Source of the DNA: Proteromonas lacertae | Taxonomy: Eukaryota | Reading direction: 5' to 3' | Length of the DNA: 40,493 nucleotides | Assembly (NCBI GenBank): GCA_002245135.1 | Contig: NGBS01000343.1 | Coordinates: forward strand, 1 to 40,493 | In this document: positions 38,401-40,493 of the stretch, piece after piece | How positions within the stretch are numbered: position 1 is the stretch's first letter | Layout of the letters: each line of letters begins with the position of its first letter | Made by a program: the position numbers and the translations under genes | Notes under the pieces: generated by a model | Databases searched by the model: none | Seen by the model: the letters and a program-made list of their open reading frames with translations, nothing else | What the model was told of the DNA's origin: nothing

Positions 38401-40493
38401 ATGCAACCGCAACCTCAAGTTAACAATTCAAATGATGATGAAGAAGATGGACCCACAGATGATGATGAATATGAAGATGAAGAAAATGAAGACAATGTAC
38501 CTATTGATATGAGGCAGAATAAGACATAGAAGAAGACATAGAAGGAATCAAGTCATACCATTTCAAAATATAAGTGAAGATGATTTAAATAATTATGTGG
38601 ATCAAGAAGTGAAAAGATTTAACAAAGCATTAATTATTCAATATAGACTTATTCCAATAGGTTGGCCAAATCATGAGTTTAATAGAATATATAATTTATA
38701 TGATGAACATATGAAAATGTTTAATTGGTGTAAAAATTTATTTGTAACAGGTCCTTTTGCACATGGTAAACCATTAGAAGCTTATAATCCAAAATTAACA
38801 GGAAATGAAAACTCTGCTAATGCAAGAGAATGTGGCATATTTAAAACTCGTATAGCAGATGGTATTGATAAATTGTGTATGGCATCTGATTTTATATTAC
38901 AAAGAAATCCATTTGTTGTTTTACACCCAAAAGAGAGAATAGGTGTTACACAACTAGAAAATAGAAGAATTAAAAAAACTCATTATGAAATTGATGAAAG
39001 ACATCCAGAACCAGAAAATGATTTTAACATAATGAATAATGAACATTATAATAGTGCAGCTGAAATAAGAGCAGAAAATGTTATGCAAAATAGACATGAT
39101 AATATGGTAAGAGGAGTATTAGTAAATGCAGACAATGGAAGTAATGATAATAACAATAATAACAACAATGGAAATAATAGCAATGATAATAATGTAAATA
39201 ATAACAACAATGCAAATTATGATATAATTAGCTTTTGTGATTCTCTGAAAGATAAGTTAAAGTTTTATATAGGTCGTTTAATGAGAACTAAATTTTGGTA
39301 TTTAACAAATCAAAAAGAAGAAACAGCTTATTCAATTGCGTTAATCATATACAACTGTGTAACTGATTTGTATATATTAGCTTTATATTACATACCAATA
39401 TTAAAAGATAAGTTAAGTGGAGATTATCAAAATGATAATGAATATACTTTACCATATCATCCTGATAGAAGAAATTTTATGGGATTACCAGATGGTGATA
39501 ATAGAACTGGATATAGATATAACTATTTAGCAACTATACAAAAAATATTATCAGAAGCTCATGTACCACAAGGACAAATCAATACAAATATATTTGCTAA
39601 TCCTATAACTTTTAGAATGAATAGAGCTTTAGATACACAACTTAACCGTCAAATTAAACATAGAAGATCAGTTCCAGCTTATGTTGGAATGAATGTTGCA
39701 GATCATAGAAATTGGAGATATGTTGCACCAGCATAATTATCCTCCTGCTCATCCATCAATTACTGCAGATTTGAATTGATAGAAATGTCAATGCATTTTA
39801 TAATGCATCACCTGCAAATAGTGATAGTGAAGATAATGATAATAATCCATCAAGTAGTGATACTGAAGAAGATTCAGACACTTATGATCTTGGTGATATG
39901 AGTAATCAAATACCACTCCTCCTTTACCACCAAGACCTATACCAGCAAGAACTATTCAACAACCACCTCCACCTCCTCCTGTATCAAATGTATCTAGATC
40001 TAATGTAATTAGTTTAAATAATCAATTTAATCCTCATCATCTTATACCATCTGATAGATTTTCATTTTTAGTATCAGATGATTTGCTTAATGCTATACCA
40101 AATCCAAATAGAGACTTTAATAAATCACATAGATTTTTAGCTACTAGAGAAAATGGAGCAAAAATAGGTGTAACTAAGATAATACAAGAGTTTTATACAC
40201 AATTATTAACAAATAATGGTAAAATCTATTCAATTGATGCATTTATACATAATCATAATCCACCTTGTACAATTGTAGATGAAAATTCAAATAAGAGTTA
40301 TATGTTCTTTACTGATTGGGTTAGAGAAGAAAACATCAATTTACCTTTATTACCTAGATCTACATATAATGCAACTGAAGTAAATGATATACCTCAAAAT
40401 TACAGTAGTATCAATATGATGTTTTATGGATATGATTACAATAGAAATATATATTCATATACTGGTTTATTAGAATATTGGTTAAAGAATCAT
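38401..40493 (+). CDS. Large viral protein of unknown function, interrupted by several frameshifts/stops and running off the window
   Basis: ATG 38401 (MQPQPQVNNSNDDEED), ORF 38597-39736, an acidic/Pro-rich linker, then a stop-free frame from ~39960 to the end (PPPPPVSNVSR...LEYWLKNH). It could instead be two genes. Confidence 0.6.

Larger units (their letters stand above)
32068..40493. mobile_element. Endogenous Polinton/Maverick-like virus (left part; continues beyond the window)
   Basis: Intronless cluster of rve integrase, A32-type ATPase, major capsid and minor capsid genes next to intron-rich host genes. The left boundary is inferred. No pPolB or protease is visible in the window. Confidence 0.92.

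Noticed and set aside
39135..39215. AAT/AAC repeat tract as a CRISPR or satellite array
   Set aside because: It encodes poly-Asn inside an ORF and has no repeat-spacer structure.

Overview
Very AT-rich, gene-dense eukaryotic DNA with tiny GT-AG introns (28-33 nt in the uL13 gene), most consistent with a Blastocystis-like stramenopile (inference). It has three zones. (1) 1-11.6 kb is a rearranged block. Bases 1-2110 repeat 9489-11605 almost exactly. Between the copies lies a ~2.4-kb intronless, frameshifted glycan-modification fragment (LicD-like, GT-A glycosyltransferase, bacterial-type acyltransferase-3), fused to a 5'-truncated giant fibronectin type III gene. (2) 9.4-31.4 kb holds ordinary intron-containing host genes: an unknown protein, mitochondrial uL13, an NCS2-like transporter, a ZnT5/Msc2-like CDF transporter, a TMX/PDI thioredoxin, two tandem FAIM-domain genes, URB2, an IQ/B-box protein and PNKP. 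(3) From ~32068 to the window end is an intronless endogenous Polinton/Maverick-like virus with an rve integrase, an A32-type packaging ATPase, probable double jelly-roll major and single jelly-roll minor capsid proteins, and unknown ORFs. It appears to be inserted in a decayed host ORF. Inside the element, a ~400-nt non-coding stretch (32869-33270) folds into several nested stems whose G-U pairs work on the + strand, and it ends in T-runs. This is a candidate virus-encoded structured RNA. Single-base indels in the repeated and viral parts could be consensus errors rather than true decay. All family calls come from motif recognition by eye; no searches were run.
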